A DNA stretch of 64,000 nucleotides, taken from NCBI GenBank assembly GCA_050014495.1, contig JBEKDF010000003.1, positions 32,001 through 96,000 on the forward strand, given 5' to 3'. The DNA is from Candidatus Bathyarchaeia archaeon (GTDB lineage Archaea > Thermoproteota > Bathyarchaeia > TCS64). The notes under the pieces were generated by a model, which saw only the letters and a list, made by a program, of their open reading frames with translations, was not told where the DNA came from and did not search any database. Position numbers and translations under genes: made by a program. Below are positions 38,929 through 48,750 of this stretch, piece after piece (within the stretch, counting starts at the first letter, position 1; every line of letters begins with the position of its first letter).

Positions 38929-39789
38929 TTAGCTTTGAATGCTCTGGCTCTGGGAACGCTGCTTCGATGTTGAACTGATTCTCTTGAACCCAAGTATCAG
39001 AATGAGACCCAGGATCGCCGTGAGCACGATTGTGGCACCTGAAGCCGTGTCAAGGATTATGCTTATGAGTAAACCTGCTATGACGCTGATTGTGCTGAAC
39101 ACAGGTGACAGGATGAGGGTATGTTTGAAGGAGCTGCTGACCTGCAGACTCATCAGCGCAGGGATGACTATCATCGCTGAGATGAGAAGAACTCCGACTA
39201 TAGGTATCGAGGCTATTACCACGATTCCCGTGAGGACGCTGATTAGGTAGTCGAAGAAGGAGGTGCTAATACCGGAGGCCCTTGCCTGAGACTCATCGAA
39301 GGTTGTGTACTGCAGTTCTTTATAAAAAACAAGAATGACCCCCAGAGTCAAGACTAGGACGACCCCAGCAGTGAGTATCTGTGTGGAGTCGACGAGGAGA
39401 ATGCTGCCAAAGAGCAAGCTATCTAAATTGACTCCGAAGCCCCGAGCCAGGCTCAGGAGTACTACCCCGGAGGCGAGCCCCAACTGGAGGATAACTGCCA
39501 CTGCTGCATCTCCAGAGATTTTCTTGGAGCGTGTCGACTTCGTTATCCCTATGGCGCCAACGACCACTACAACTGCTGCCGCCCAGAGAGGGACTACGTC
39601 TAGATAGTAACCAAGTGCCAGACCACCAAAAGCAGTGTGGGCGAGGCCGTCGCCAATGAGGGAAATCTTCTTCAGAACTATGAAGACGCCAAGGACACTA
39701 CTCGCCAGGGCTATGATGATGCCCACTAGGAAGGCCCTCTGAATGAAGGGCTCCATAAGTAGACTTAGGAGGCTGCTAAGCATGATCAT
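38929..39789 (-). CDS. znuB: Zn/Mn ABC transporter permease
   Basis: SLIGDGLAHTAFGG, LFGSIL, FDESQA. Confidence 0.9.
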   Translation of the reverse strand: MIMLSSLLSLLMEPFIQRAFLVGIIIALASSVLGVFIVLKKISLIGDGLAHTAFGGLALGYYLDVVPLWAAAVVVVVGAIGITKSTRSKKISGDAAVAVILQLGLASGVVLLSLARGFGVNLDSLLFGSILLVDSTQILTAGVVLVLTLGVILVFYKELQYTTFDESQARASGISTSFFDYLISVLTGIVVIASIPIVGVLLISAMIVIPALMSLQVSSSFKHTLILSPVFSTISVIAGLLISIILDTASGATIVLTAILGLILILGFKRISSTSKQRSQSQSIQS

Positions 39790-40573
39790 TGTGAGTCAGG
39801 TGCTCCAGTGGGTAGTCGCAGACTCTGCCATCCTCAGTGATCTCAATTGGGTAGTCGTACATCCTCGAGAGGACCTGATCACTGAGCTCAGAGGTCGAGC
39901 CCTGGAAGAGAAGCGAACGGTGGAGGAATGCTACCCTGTTAGTGAGTGACTTCACCACTCCTATATCGTGGGTGGAGAGCATCATAGTAATTCCTCTTAC
40001 TCTATTCAGCTCCGCGAGGATCCTATAGATCTCAACCCTGGAGGGGGAGTCCACGCCACTAGTGGGCTCGTCGAGGACGAGGAGGTCAGGGTCGCCGACG
40101 AGGGCCTTCGCCATGAGGACCCGTTGGGATTGCCCCCCCGATAGTTCCCCCATCTTTCTTCTACTTAGTTCATGGATCCCAAGCAGCCTTAGTACCTCCT
40201 CAGCCTTGTTGTAGTCCTCATGCCCGAGACGATGTAGGGGTCCTGCTCTGGGGGTACGCCCCATGAGAACCGTCTCGTAGACAGTAAAGGGGGAGTTGGC
40301 TTCGGCGGTGGCGACCTTCTGAGGGACATAGCCTACCCTACGCAGACCAGATGCGGACACGGAGCCGCCGAAGAGGCTTACTGAGCCACGCTTAGGTGGT
40401 GTCAATCCAAGCAGCACGTTCAATAGAGTCGTCTTCCCGGCTCCATTTGGCCCAATGATTCCTAGAAAATCTCCCTCGTAGATGTCGAGGGTTATGTGGC
40501 TGAGTGCGTCGACGTCTCCACCGTAGGTTACATCGACATCAACGAATCTTGCAACGGTTTTTTCACTCGACAT
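39776..40573 (-). CDS. znuC: Zn/Mn ABC transporter ATPase
   Basis: GPNGAGKT, LSGGQ, LDEPT, STHD. Confidence 0.92.
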   Translation of the reverse strand: MSSEKTVARFVDVDVTYGGDVDALSHITLDIYEGDFLGIIGPNGAGKTTLLNVLLGLTPPKRGSVSLFGGSVSASGLRRVGYVPQKVATAEANSPFTVYETVLMGRTPRAGPLHRLGHEDYNKAEEVLRLLGIHELSRRKMGELSGGQSQRVLMAKALVGDPDLLVLDEPTSGVDSPSRVEIYRILAELNRVRGITMMLSTHDIGVVKSLTNRVAFLHRSLLFQGSTSELSDQVLSRMYDYPIEITEDGRVCDYPLEHLTHNDHA

Positions 40574-41495
40574 TGTTCAGAGCCACCGTAATATTGTTGG
40601 CATCGTCACGCATAAGGGCGATGTAGTCTTTCCCCGTAACGAGATCAGTGGGGGTCAGACCCTCGATTGGGTTCATGAGGATCAGCGTTGCGTTTGTCTG
40701 CCCGCTTATGGCCTGGGGGATAGCAGTGTTCTCAAGGGACTCATATCCGACATATCGAAGGTGATACTGTTTGATTGCAGAGACTACACCCTGTATATCA
40801 CTCGGGGTAGGCTCCTCTTGGAAGGGACCCTGTATTGGGATCTGTGTGAGGTTGTAACGGCTCGCGAAGTAGGCGAAGGCCTCATGGAAAGTGACGAAGT
40901 ACTTCGTCTTCGTCGTACTGACCTCGCTTAATATCTGAGCATCTAAGGCATCGAGTTTAGCCTCATAGGTGTCAGCATTGGACCTGTAATAAGCTGCGTT
41001 TCCCGGGTCCGCCCCCATAAGAGCCGTGGCTATATTCTCTACCTGCTGCCGCGCACGAGTTGGATCGAGCCAGATATGGGGGTCAATGGTCTGACCTTGC
41101 CTCTGGAACTCTGGCGGGACGGGTAGGAGGTTTATTCCTTGACTCGTGTCAACAACGATAAGGGAGGGTCTATCTATGGCGGCGAGAAGGCGAGGTACCC
41201 AAGGCTCCAATCCCGCCCCATTGATTATGAGGATGTCCGCTGTGGCCACTTTTTCGATGTCTGAGGGAGTGGGCTCGAAATTGTGTACATCGACTGTCTC
41301 GGGGACGAGGATAGAGACATTTGCCCTGTTACCCGCCACGTTTGAGGCAAAATCATAGAGAGGATAGAATGTAGTTAGGATGGTGAGACCCCTTTCCTTA
41401 GGCTGCGGTTGCTCCGCTGATGTCAGCGCATATGCAGAGATTGCGATGGCAACAATTGCCACTGCAGATATAGTCGCAATCACTTTGAGCCTCAT
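40563..41495 (-). CDS. znuA: Zn/Mn ABC transporter substrate-binding protein
   Basis: N-terminal signal/anchor, DVHNFEPTPSD, DPHIWLDP, FHEAFAYF. Confidence 0.92.
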   Translation of the reverse strand: MRLKVIATISAVAIVAIAISAYALTSAEQPQPKERGLTILTTFYPLYDFASNVAGNRANVSILVPETVDVHNFEPTPSDIEKVATADILIINGAGLEPWVPRLLAAIDRPSLIVVDTSQGINLLPVPPEFQRQGQTIDPHIWLDPTRARQQVENIATALMGADPGNAAYYRSNADTYEAKLDALDAQILSEVSTTKTKYFVTFHEAFAYFASRYNLTQIPIQGPFQEEPTPSDIQGVVSAIKQYHLRYVGYESLENTAIPQAISGQTNATLILMNPIEGLTPTDLVTGKDYIALMRDDANNITVALNNVE

Positions 41496-41680
41496 AGTTA
41501 TGTGATATACGCACCAATTTATTAATGATTTGAATATTATTATTAATTATTGTTATATAAACAAGATTTTTTTATTAATTATAATTTTATTGATCTCTCA
41601 ACGACAATAAATGCAAAAACTAATAATAATCTGGTTTAGAAGTGGATTAAAAAGAGTACATCTAACAACCTTTTGGATAT

Positions 41681-42583
41681 TTAAAGGAGTTTTAGATCAG
41701 CAAGTATCATTGCAAGACGGTTTCTCCCTTCATCATTGAGGGGTATCTTAGGGCTCCTACTGGTTGCGGCATTGATGACCCCCCGGTGCTTTAGGGTCTC
41801 CTTCTCTATCTCAGCGGTTGCCCCAGGGCTTGAGTGGAAGAAGTCTACCCAGGGCTTGTATCTGGCGTATGCTGCATCAGCTTTTTTTAGATTACCCTTT
41901 TTGGCGTTTATCCAGATCTCCTTAATGAGGTCGGTAAGGCAGGCGCTGGGAATAGTCCCGTCAGCGCCTAGCTCTGCCTCTTGGAGGATTAGCTTAGCCG
42001 CCATTCCTCCGAATACTGTGACGCGACCAGGCATTAGGCGCTTAATATCGCGGAGCTTGTCGAGGGTGCCTGGGCCTTCTAACTTTATGCTGGCTAGGTT
42101 GCTGTGCTCATCAGCGATGTCGATGTAGGTGGTTGGGCATATGTGTATCCCTGTTGCGTCCTCGGCGTCTTGGAGCATTACTGGGAGGCTGGTGGCACTA
42201 CAGATGTCGGAGATGTGCTTTTTGACAATGGCGCGATTAGGATTATGGTTAAAGTAAGGGACCATTGCTATAATGCCATCGGCACCCCTATCCTCAGCGT
42301 GCTTCGCTAAGCGTATTGCTAGCTCGGTTCCACTGTGGCTCACCCCGAAGAGCAATGGCACACGGCCATCAACCGCTTCAACTGTTGCATCGAGGATGTC
42401 CATTCGCTCATCTTCACTGAACTTGAAGAACTCTCCCGCGATTATCCCGGGGCACAAGCCGTCCGCCCCCCACTTTATATTCGCCTCTATTTCATCGCGC
42501 ATGCCCATCACGTCTAGGTTACCTTTTACATCTGTTATGGTGCATAGGGCGGGAAAGACCCCAGCCCAATCAGGCTTGACCAT
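41681..42583 (-). CDS. DapA/DHDPS-family aldolase
   Basis: GVFPAL.T, AGEF, V.GRVP, IKLE Schiff-base lysine. Confidence 0.85.
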   Translation of the reverse strand: MVKPDWAGVFPALCTITDVKGNLDVMGMRDEIEANIKWGADGLCPGIIAGEFFKFSEDERMDILDATVEAVDGRVPLLFGVSHSGTELAIRLAKHAEDRGADGIIAMVPYFNHNPNRAIVKKHISDICSATSLPVMLQDAEDATGIHICPTTYIDIADEHSNLASIKLEGPGTLDKLRDIKRLMPGRVTVFGGMAAKLILQEAELGADGTIPSACLTDLIKEIWINAKKGNLKKADAAYARYKPWVDFFHSSPGATAEIEKETLKHRGVINAATSRSPKIPLNDEGRNRLAMILADLKLL

Positions 42584-42668
42584 GTCTTATTTAGGGCAGT
42601 CATTCCCCTTAACGGTTACCACGAAAAGTGTTTTCTAAGCCTTTGGCGGAGCCACTCTCAGTGATCCG

Positions 42669-45116
42669 ATGACGAGGCTACCCTACTCAAAAAAGAGCCT
42701 GAGAGAGATGGGCCCACAACGCAGCTACGGCCCAGAAGCGACGCAAGCCGCGTTCCTCCTCGGAGGAATCGGTACCGGAAACGTTAGCGTCGGAGCGCGG
42801 GGAGAGCTCCGTGATTGGGAGATATTCAACAGGTCGGCTAAGGGGCAGAGGATGCCATACAGCTTCTTTAGCATCGCGGTGAAAAATGAGGAAAAGGTCT
42901 ATACTCGTGTCCTCGAGTCGCGGCTGACCCCGCCTTACGCAGAGAGCCATGGTTTTCATCCTAGCACCACTGCTGGTCTCCCCCGCTTCGCCCATAGCGA
43001 GATGCGTGGCGAGTATCCCTTCTGTTGGGTTGATCTCTGGGACGATGAGCTCCCATTAAAGATCACATTGGAAGCCTTCACGCCCCTCATACCTCTAGAG
43101 CCCGATGACTCAGGCATCCCGACTGCCACTCTCACATTCATCGTCAAGAACACAGGCACGACTCCCATCGAGGCCACGATTGTTGGCAGCCTCACCAACG
43201 CCGTGGGCTATACTGGCGTCGACCAGTTTGGCGCCCTAAATACACAAGGATTCGGAGGCAACGTCAACGAACTCCGCAGAGAGCAGGGGCTCACAGGGTT
43301 ATACCTCTGGTCCAAGAAACACCCCGAGGATGACATCCTCCACGGTAGCCTCGCTTTGGTGACTACCAACAAGCACACGACTCATAAGCCTCATTGGTTA
43401 CGGAGCGGCTGGTGGGATCCACTTCGAGAGTACTGGGACGACCTCCAAGATGCCAAACTAACCCCCCACGATTACACTGATCCAAGTGAGGAAGGTAAGA
43501 CTGACATCGCAAGCATTGGTGCCACAGAGATAATTAAACCCGGTGAGGAGAAACAGTTTCGCTTCATTCTCTCATGGCATTTCCCAAATAGGGTCAAGCA
43601 CTGGGACCAGCGTCTCTGCGCCTGCGGTGGCGACTGTGAGCAGGGTATCGCTCGAAATCACTATGCGACCCGATTCATGGACGCCTGGGAGGTCGCTCGT
43701 TACGTGGTTGACAAATGGGACTACCTCGATGGTATGACCCGTGCTTTCCACGAAGCCCTGTTCAGAAGCACGCTCCCTAAAATCATCCTCGACGCCGCAT
43801 CGGCAAACATCACTGTGTTACGTAGCAACACCTGCTTCTGGCTCGAAGATGGCAAATTTCTCGCCTTCGAGGGCTGCTTCGACGACGCCGGCTGCTGCAG
43901 TGGCAGTTGCACCCACGTCTGGAACTACGAGCAGACCCTAGCCTATCTCTTCCCAACACTTGAGCGGAGCATGAGGGAAACCGAGTTCCGCAACGAGACT
44001 GATACGGATGGCAGGATGAACTTCCGCGCCAGCCACGTTTTCCCTAGCAGTATCAACTGGGACACCGCTGACCCCGCAAGCGACGGCCAGCTTGGTAGCA
44101 TAACCCGTGTATATCGTGAGTGGAAACTTTCAGGGGACACTGCGTGGATGACGGGTCTCTGGCCCCAGGTCAAGCTCAGCATGGAATATAGCATAAGAAC
44201 CTGGGATCCCGATTTAGATGGAGTCACCGGAGGTCGTCAGCACAACACATACGACATTCAGTTCTACGGTCCTAACCCTCTAACCGGCATCATTTACCTA
44301 GCTGCCCTCAGGGCAGCCAGTAAAATGGCGGAGGCTGCGGGAGACTACGAGGTCGCCGACCGCTACAGCTACCTCCTAGCTAAGGGAAGCAGGAACCTAG
44401 ATAAAGAGCTCTGGAACGGTGATTACTACGAGCAGCGCCTCCCTGACGTCGATGCATACAAATACCAACACGGTGTCGGCTGCCTAGCTGATCAGCTCCT
44501 AGGGCAACTTAACGCCCACCTCGCTGGCCTCGGATACCTCCTACCCCCGCGGAGGGTTAAGAAGGCGATAAGCGCTGTATATCATAACAATCTCCTAACC
44601 GACTTCACCCACCACGACAACTGCCAACGAACTTATGCCCTCAATGATGAGGCTGGCCTCCTCCTCTGCACTTGGCCGCGCGCGCGCGGAAGGCCCAAGA
44701 TACCCTTCCCATATAGCCACGAGGTATGGACGGGGATAGAGTACCAGGTCGCATCCCACCTAATCTGGGAGGGGCTGTTAGACGAGGGACTCGCCGTTGT
44801 GAAAGCGGTGAGAGATCGTCACGACGGTGTTAGGCGAAACCCGTGGGACGAGTTTGAGTGTGGCCACCACTACGCACGGAGCATGTCTAGCTGGGGCCTT
44901 ATCCTCGCCCTAAGTGGTTACCAGTGCGATATGGAGGATAAGAGGATCAGTTTCGACCCACGGATCAACGAGGGAGACTTCCGATGCTTCTGGAGCACCG
45001 GCAACGCTTGGGGTATTTATACACAGCAGTTGGACAAAAAGGGCAAGCTCATCTACGACATAGAAGTCCTTCACGGCGTCTTGAAAGACGTCAAGGTAAA
45101 CGGGAATACTCAATAG
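42669..45116 (+). CDS. GH116 family glycoside hydrolase
   Basis: LGGIGTG, EAFTPLIP, CTHVWNY, HNTYD, EVWTGIEY, ECGHHYARSMSSW. Confidence 0.9.
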   Translation: MTRLPYSKKSLREMGPQRSYGPEATQAAFLLGGIGTGNVSVGARGELRDWEIFNRSAKGQRMPYSFFSIAVKNEEKVYTRVLESRLTPPYAESHGFHPSTTAGLPRFAHSEMRGEYPFCWVDLWDDELPLKITLEAFTPLIPLEPDDSGIPTATLTFIVKNTGTTPIEATIVGSLTNAVGYTGVDQFGALNTQGFGGNVNELRREQGLTGLYLWSKKHPEDDILHGSLALVTTNKHTTHKPHWLRSGWWDPLREYWDDLQDAKLTPHDYTDPSEEGKTDIASIGATEIIKPGEEKQFRFILSWHFPNRVKHWDQRLCACGGDCEQGIARNHYATRFMDAWEVARYVVDKWDYLDGMTRAFHEALFRSTLPKIILDAASANITVLRSNTCFWLEDGKFLAFEGCFDDAGCCSGSCTHVWNYEQTLAYLFPTLERSMRETEFRNETDTDGRMNFRASHVFPSSINWDTADPASDGQLGSITRVYREWKLSGDTAWMTGLWPQVKLSMEYSIRTWDPDLDGVTGGRQHNTYDIQFYGPNPLTGIIYLAALRAASKMAEAAGDYEVADRYSYLLAKGSRNLDKELWNGDYYEQRLPDVDAYKYQHGVGCLADQLLGQLNAHLAGLGYLLPPRRVKKAISAVYHNNLLTDFTHHDNCQRTYALNDEAGLLLCTWPRARGRPKIPFPYSHEVWTGIEYQVASHLIWEGLLDEGLAVVKAVRDRHDGVRRNPWDEFECGHHYARSMSSWGLILALSGYQCDMEDKRISFDPRINEGDFRCFWSTGNAWGIYTQQLDKKGKLIYDIEVLHGVLKDVKVNGNTQ

Positions 45117-45210
45117 CCTTTAACAGCACACCATATAAGCAGGTAGAACCCGTCCACCAATTGTTAAAGGGGGGCAAACAACGGCTACTAGAAAACCCGC
45201 CGAATCTCAC

Positions 45211-47772
45211 ATGCAGGGTGAGGCGGAACTAGTCTCCACAACCGAGCTACTTACTCTCCCACCCGCCGAGGTCCTGAAGAAACTCGACTCGAAGGATCAG
45301 GGCCTCACCACAGAGGAAGCGGGAAAACGCCTCGAGTTGTACGGAGCGAACGAGGTCGCCGTCCGAAAGAGACGCGCGACCGCTATCGAGTTCCTCCTCC
45401 AGTTCCGCAGTCCCCTCATACTTCTACTGATATTCGCGGGTGCCGTTTCCCTATACTTCGGTGAGGCCATCGACTCTATCATAATATTCACCATTATAAT
45501 TGCGAGTGCCTCCCTCGATTTCTACCAGCAGTCGAAGGCGCACCAAGCTGCCGAGCTTCTCCGCTCAAAGCTCATATCCACTTGCACGGCCCTCAGGGAT
45601 AGTAATAAGAAGGAGGTGAAATTCACTGAGGTGGTCCCGGGGGACATCCTCTACTTCTCTGCTGGGGACATGATCCCAGCTGACTCCCGCATACTCCTCG
45701 CCAAAGACTTTTTCGTCAACCAATCAGCCCTCACCGGCGAGTCGTTCCCCGTAGAGAAGATCGCGGTTCCCCTCGTAGAAGCTGGGACATCACTCACCGA
45801 CTGGACAAACATGGCTTTCACAGGGAGCAGCGTGGTCAGCGGGACCGCAACAGCCGTCGTCGGGAGAACCGGAAGTTTCACCGAGTATGGCAAAATAGCG
45901 AAGACACTCGCCTCCCGGGGCGAAGAAACAGAGATGGAGCGAGGCCTGCGTCGCTTCGGCTACCTCATAATGCAGATAACTTTCCTCCTCGTCATCTTCG
46001 TCTTCTTCGTCAATGCTTTCTTCATGAGGGGACTCCTCGATTCCCTCCTTTTCAGCGTCGCGCTCGCCGTCGGCCTAACCCCCGAACTCCTACCCATGAT
46101 AATCTCTGTCAACCTAAGCAAAGGCGCCTTTGCCATGAGCAAACGCGGCGTCCTCGTAAAGCGTCTAAACTCAATCCAAAACTTCGGGAGCATGGACGTG
46201 CTCTGCACAGACAAAACGGGTACCCTTACTGAGAACAAGATCACCTTGGTCCTACACATCGACATCGAGGGCAGAGACGACGATAGAGTCCTAGAATATG
46301 GTTATTTAAACAGCTACTACCAAACAGGGCTCAGGAGCCCTCTCGACGAGGCAATATTGGCCTTCAGGAACGTTCTAGTATCGGACTACCAAAAAGTCGA
46401 CGAAATACCTTTCGACTTTATGAGGCGACGCGTCTCCATAGTCGTCTCCAAGAACGGGGGTAGGCTCCTGCTAACGAAGGGCGCTCCTGAAGAGATCCTG
46501 AGTGTCTGCGCCCACGCCGACATCGCTGATGGAGCCACCGACCTCATTGAGTCGGTTAAGGAGAGAATAATCACCCAGTATAGGGAGTTAAGCGCACAGG
46601 GATTCAGAGTCCTTGGCGTATCTTATAAGAAGCTAAGAGACGAGAAGCCATCCTACTCGGTAGGAGACGAGAACGATATGGTGTTCCTCGGCTTCGTGGC
46701 GTTCCTCGACCCCCCTAAGCAGACTGCGATGGAGAGCCTCAACCTCCTCAACCACGTCGGCGTCGAACTCAAGATACTTACAGGGGACAACGAGCTCGTC
46801 ACCCTCCATACATGCGAGCAGCTCGGCTTCAAGGTGAAACGCGTCGTCCTCGGCAGCGATATCGCCCAAATGGGAGATGAAGCCATTCAACGCGTCGTCG
46901 AGGAGGCAAACGTCTTCGCCAGAGTCAACCCAAGCCAAAAAGACAGGATAATGGGTGCACTCCGGAGGAATGGGCACGTAGTGGGCTTCCTAGGTGACGG
47001 CATCAACGATGCGCCAAGCCTAAAGCGCGCTGACGTCGGGATAAGCGTCGATAATGCAGTCGATGTCGCCAAGGAGAGCGCGGATATAATTCTCCTCCAG
47101 AAGGATCTCACTGTCCTCCAGAACGGGGTCATAGAGGGGCGTAGAACCTTCGGCAACACCATGAAGTACATAATGATGGGGACCAGCAGCAACTTCGGCA
47201 ACATGTTCAGTGTCGCAGGTGCCTCCCTTTTCCTCCCCTTCCTACCTATGCTCCCCACACAAATCCTCTTGAACAACCTCCTATACGACCTCAGCCAGAC
47301 CACTATCACAACTGATCACGTCGACGAGTCCTACGTCGAGAAGCCAAAGAAGATGAACATCCGATTCATCCGTCGTTTCATGATATGGTTCGGCCCGATA
47401 AGCAGCCTCTTCGATTTCCTAACCTTCTTCATCATGATGTGGGTCTTCTCCGCCTCGCAGGGACTCTTCCAAACAGGGTGGTTCCTCGAGTCCCTTACGA
47501 CGCAGACCCTCGTCGTCTTCATAATTAGGACGCAGCTAGTTCCCTTCTGGAGGAGCAGACCGAGTAAATATCTCGTGGCCACGTGTCTCGCAATACTCAT
47601 ATTTGCATTTGCGTTACCGTATACCCCCATAGGCGCTCTTTTCGGTTTCACTCCACCCCCGCTGATTTTCTATCCGCTTCTCGCTGCCCTTGTATTCACC
47701 TATCTTGCCATGGTCGAGGGTGTCAAACTCCTCTTCTACAGGAGGTACATACACCTCCTCGAAAGCGGATGA
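45211..47772 (+). CDS. mgtA: magnesium-translocating P-type ATPase
   Basis: LTGES, AVGLTPELLP, DKTGTLT, TGDN, GDGIND, SSNFGNMFSV. Confidence 0.95.
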   Translation: MQGEAELVSTTELLTLPPAEVLKKLDSKDQGLTTEEAGKRLELYGANEVAVRKRRATAIEFLLQFRSPLILLLIFAGAVSLYFGEAIDSIIIFTIIIASASLDFYQQSKAHQAAELLRSKLISTCTALRDSNKKEVKFTEVVPGDILYFSAGDMIPADSRILLAKDFFVNQSALTGESFPVEKIAVPLVEAGTSLTDWTNMAFTGSSVVSGTATAVVGRTGSFTEYGKIAKTLASRGEETEMERGLRRFGYLIMQITFLLVIFVFFVNAFFMRGLLDSLLFSVALAVGLTPELLPMIISVNLSKGAFAMSKRGVLVKRLNSIQNFGSMDVLCTDKTGTLTENKITLVLHIDIEGRDDDRVLEYGYLNSYYQTGLRSPLDEAILAFRNVLVSDYQKVDEIPFDFMRRRVSIVVSKNGGRLLLTKGAPEEILSVCAHADIADGATDLIESVKERIITQYRELSAQGFRVLGVSYKKLRDEKPSYSVGDENDMVFLGFVAFLDPPKQTAMESLNLLNHVGVELKILTGDNELVTLHTCEQLGFKVKRVVLGSDIAQMGDEAIQRVVEEANVFARVNPSQKDRIMGALRRNGHVVGFLGDGINDAPSLKRADVGISVDNAVDVAKESADIILLQKDLTVLQNGVIEGRRTFGNTMKYIMMGTSSNFGNMFSVAGASLFLPFLPMLPTQILLNNLLYDLSQTTITTDHVDESYVEKPKKMNIRFIRRFMIWFGPISSLFDFLTFFIMMWVFSASQGLFQTGWFLESLTTQTLVVFIIRTQLVPFWRSRPSKYLVATCLAILIFAFALPYTPIGALFGFTPPPLIFYPLLAALVFTYLAMVEGVKLLFYRRYIHLLESG

Positions 47773-48470
47773 TTCCCTGGGTAAATGCTTTAATCCCTCC
47801 TATGCTCTCGGATGGGAGACAAGTATTGTCATGGGATGCCGAATACTCCAAGAACAGGCAGATTTGGGGGGAGAGGCCGAGCGAGCTTGCTCTCGAAGCG
47901 GCGAAGAGGCTCATCCGCTCTAAAGGCAGGCCTATGAGGGTCCTAGATGTGGGCTGTGGCTACGGTAGGGACACAATCTACATAGCTAAGAGTCTCGGCT
48001 TCAGGATTCTCGGCATCGACATCTCAGAAAAGGCCATAGAGCTGGCGAAGGAGAACGCTGTCAACGCTCTCGCTAAGGAAGCAGAGTTCAAAGTTGTGGA
48101 CTTTCGTGAACTCCACGGCTTATTCGATGCTATCCTTGTTTCCAACCTTTATCACCTTCTCAATCCACAGGGTCGGCTCGACCTTTCCCAGCACGTGACG
48201 AGGCTTCTCGCACCTGGCGGCAGGCTCTTCCTTAACGCCATCTCTGTCCGGGACAAGGAGCACTACGGCGTAGGTACACCCGTCCTAGGGGAGGAGAATA
48301 CTTGGGTCGATGGGAAATACATCCACCTCTCAACTGAAGAGGAGCTACGCTACGAATTCGCTGCCCTCACCATCCAAGAGCTCTACGAGCACGAATATGA
48401 GGAGCCCCATCCTGGAGCGAGGACCCACAACCACTTGGCTTGGATAATTGTCGCTGAGGAGGCTGGCTAG
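47769..48470 (+). CDS. class I SAM-dependent methyltransferase
   Basis: VLDVGCGYGR, GIDIS, L.PGG.L; start uncertain (47769 or 47802). Confidence 0.85.
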   Translation: MIPWVNALIPPMLSDGRQVLSWDAEYSKNRQIWGERPSELALEAAKRLIRSKGRPMRVLDVGCGYGRDTIYIAKSLGFRILGIDISEKAIELAKENAVNALAKEAEFKVVDFRELHGLFDAILVSNLYHLLNPQGRLDLSQHVTRLLAPGGRLFLNAISVRDKEHYGVGTPVLGEENTWVDGKYIHLSTEEELRYEFAALTIQELYEHEYEEPHPGARTHNHLAWIIVAEEAG

Positions 48471-48629
48471 AATATTATAGGATCACCGAGATCATTAGGA
48501 ATTAAATACCCAGTTTGGCAGAACTATGCTGCTCGCGTAACGACTAATCAGGTGTAGAAAGAAGGCATTCAGGTAATGTTTCGAGTTCATGCATGTGGTG
48601 ATTTTTAAAATAGATTACCTTCAAAATGT

Positions 48630-48705
48630 TGGTGCGGTCGCCGGGATTCGGACCCGGGTTTCCTGCGTGGCAGGCAGGTATCCTACCAGGCTAGACTACA
48701 ACCGC
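48630..48705 (-). tRNA. tRNA-Gly(GCC), CCA encoded, intronless
   Basis: GCGGTTG acceptor stem, CCTGC-CTGCCAC-GCAGG anticodon arm, CCGGG-TCCGAAT-CCCGG T arm, ACCA end. Confidence 0.95.
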
Positions 48706-48750
48706 GTGCATCCAGAAATGTTGGGGGCTTGTATTAATCTCTTACCCTGG

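Noticed and set aside
48480..48630. Integrated element at the tRNA-Gly 3' end
   Set aside because: No duplicated tRNA 3' fragment or adjacent integrase noticed in the window.
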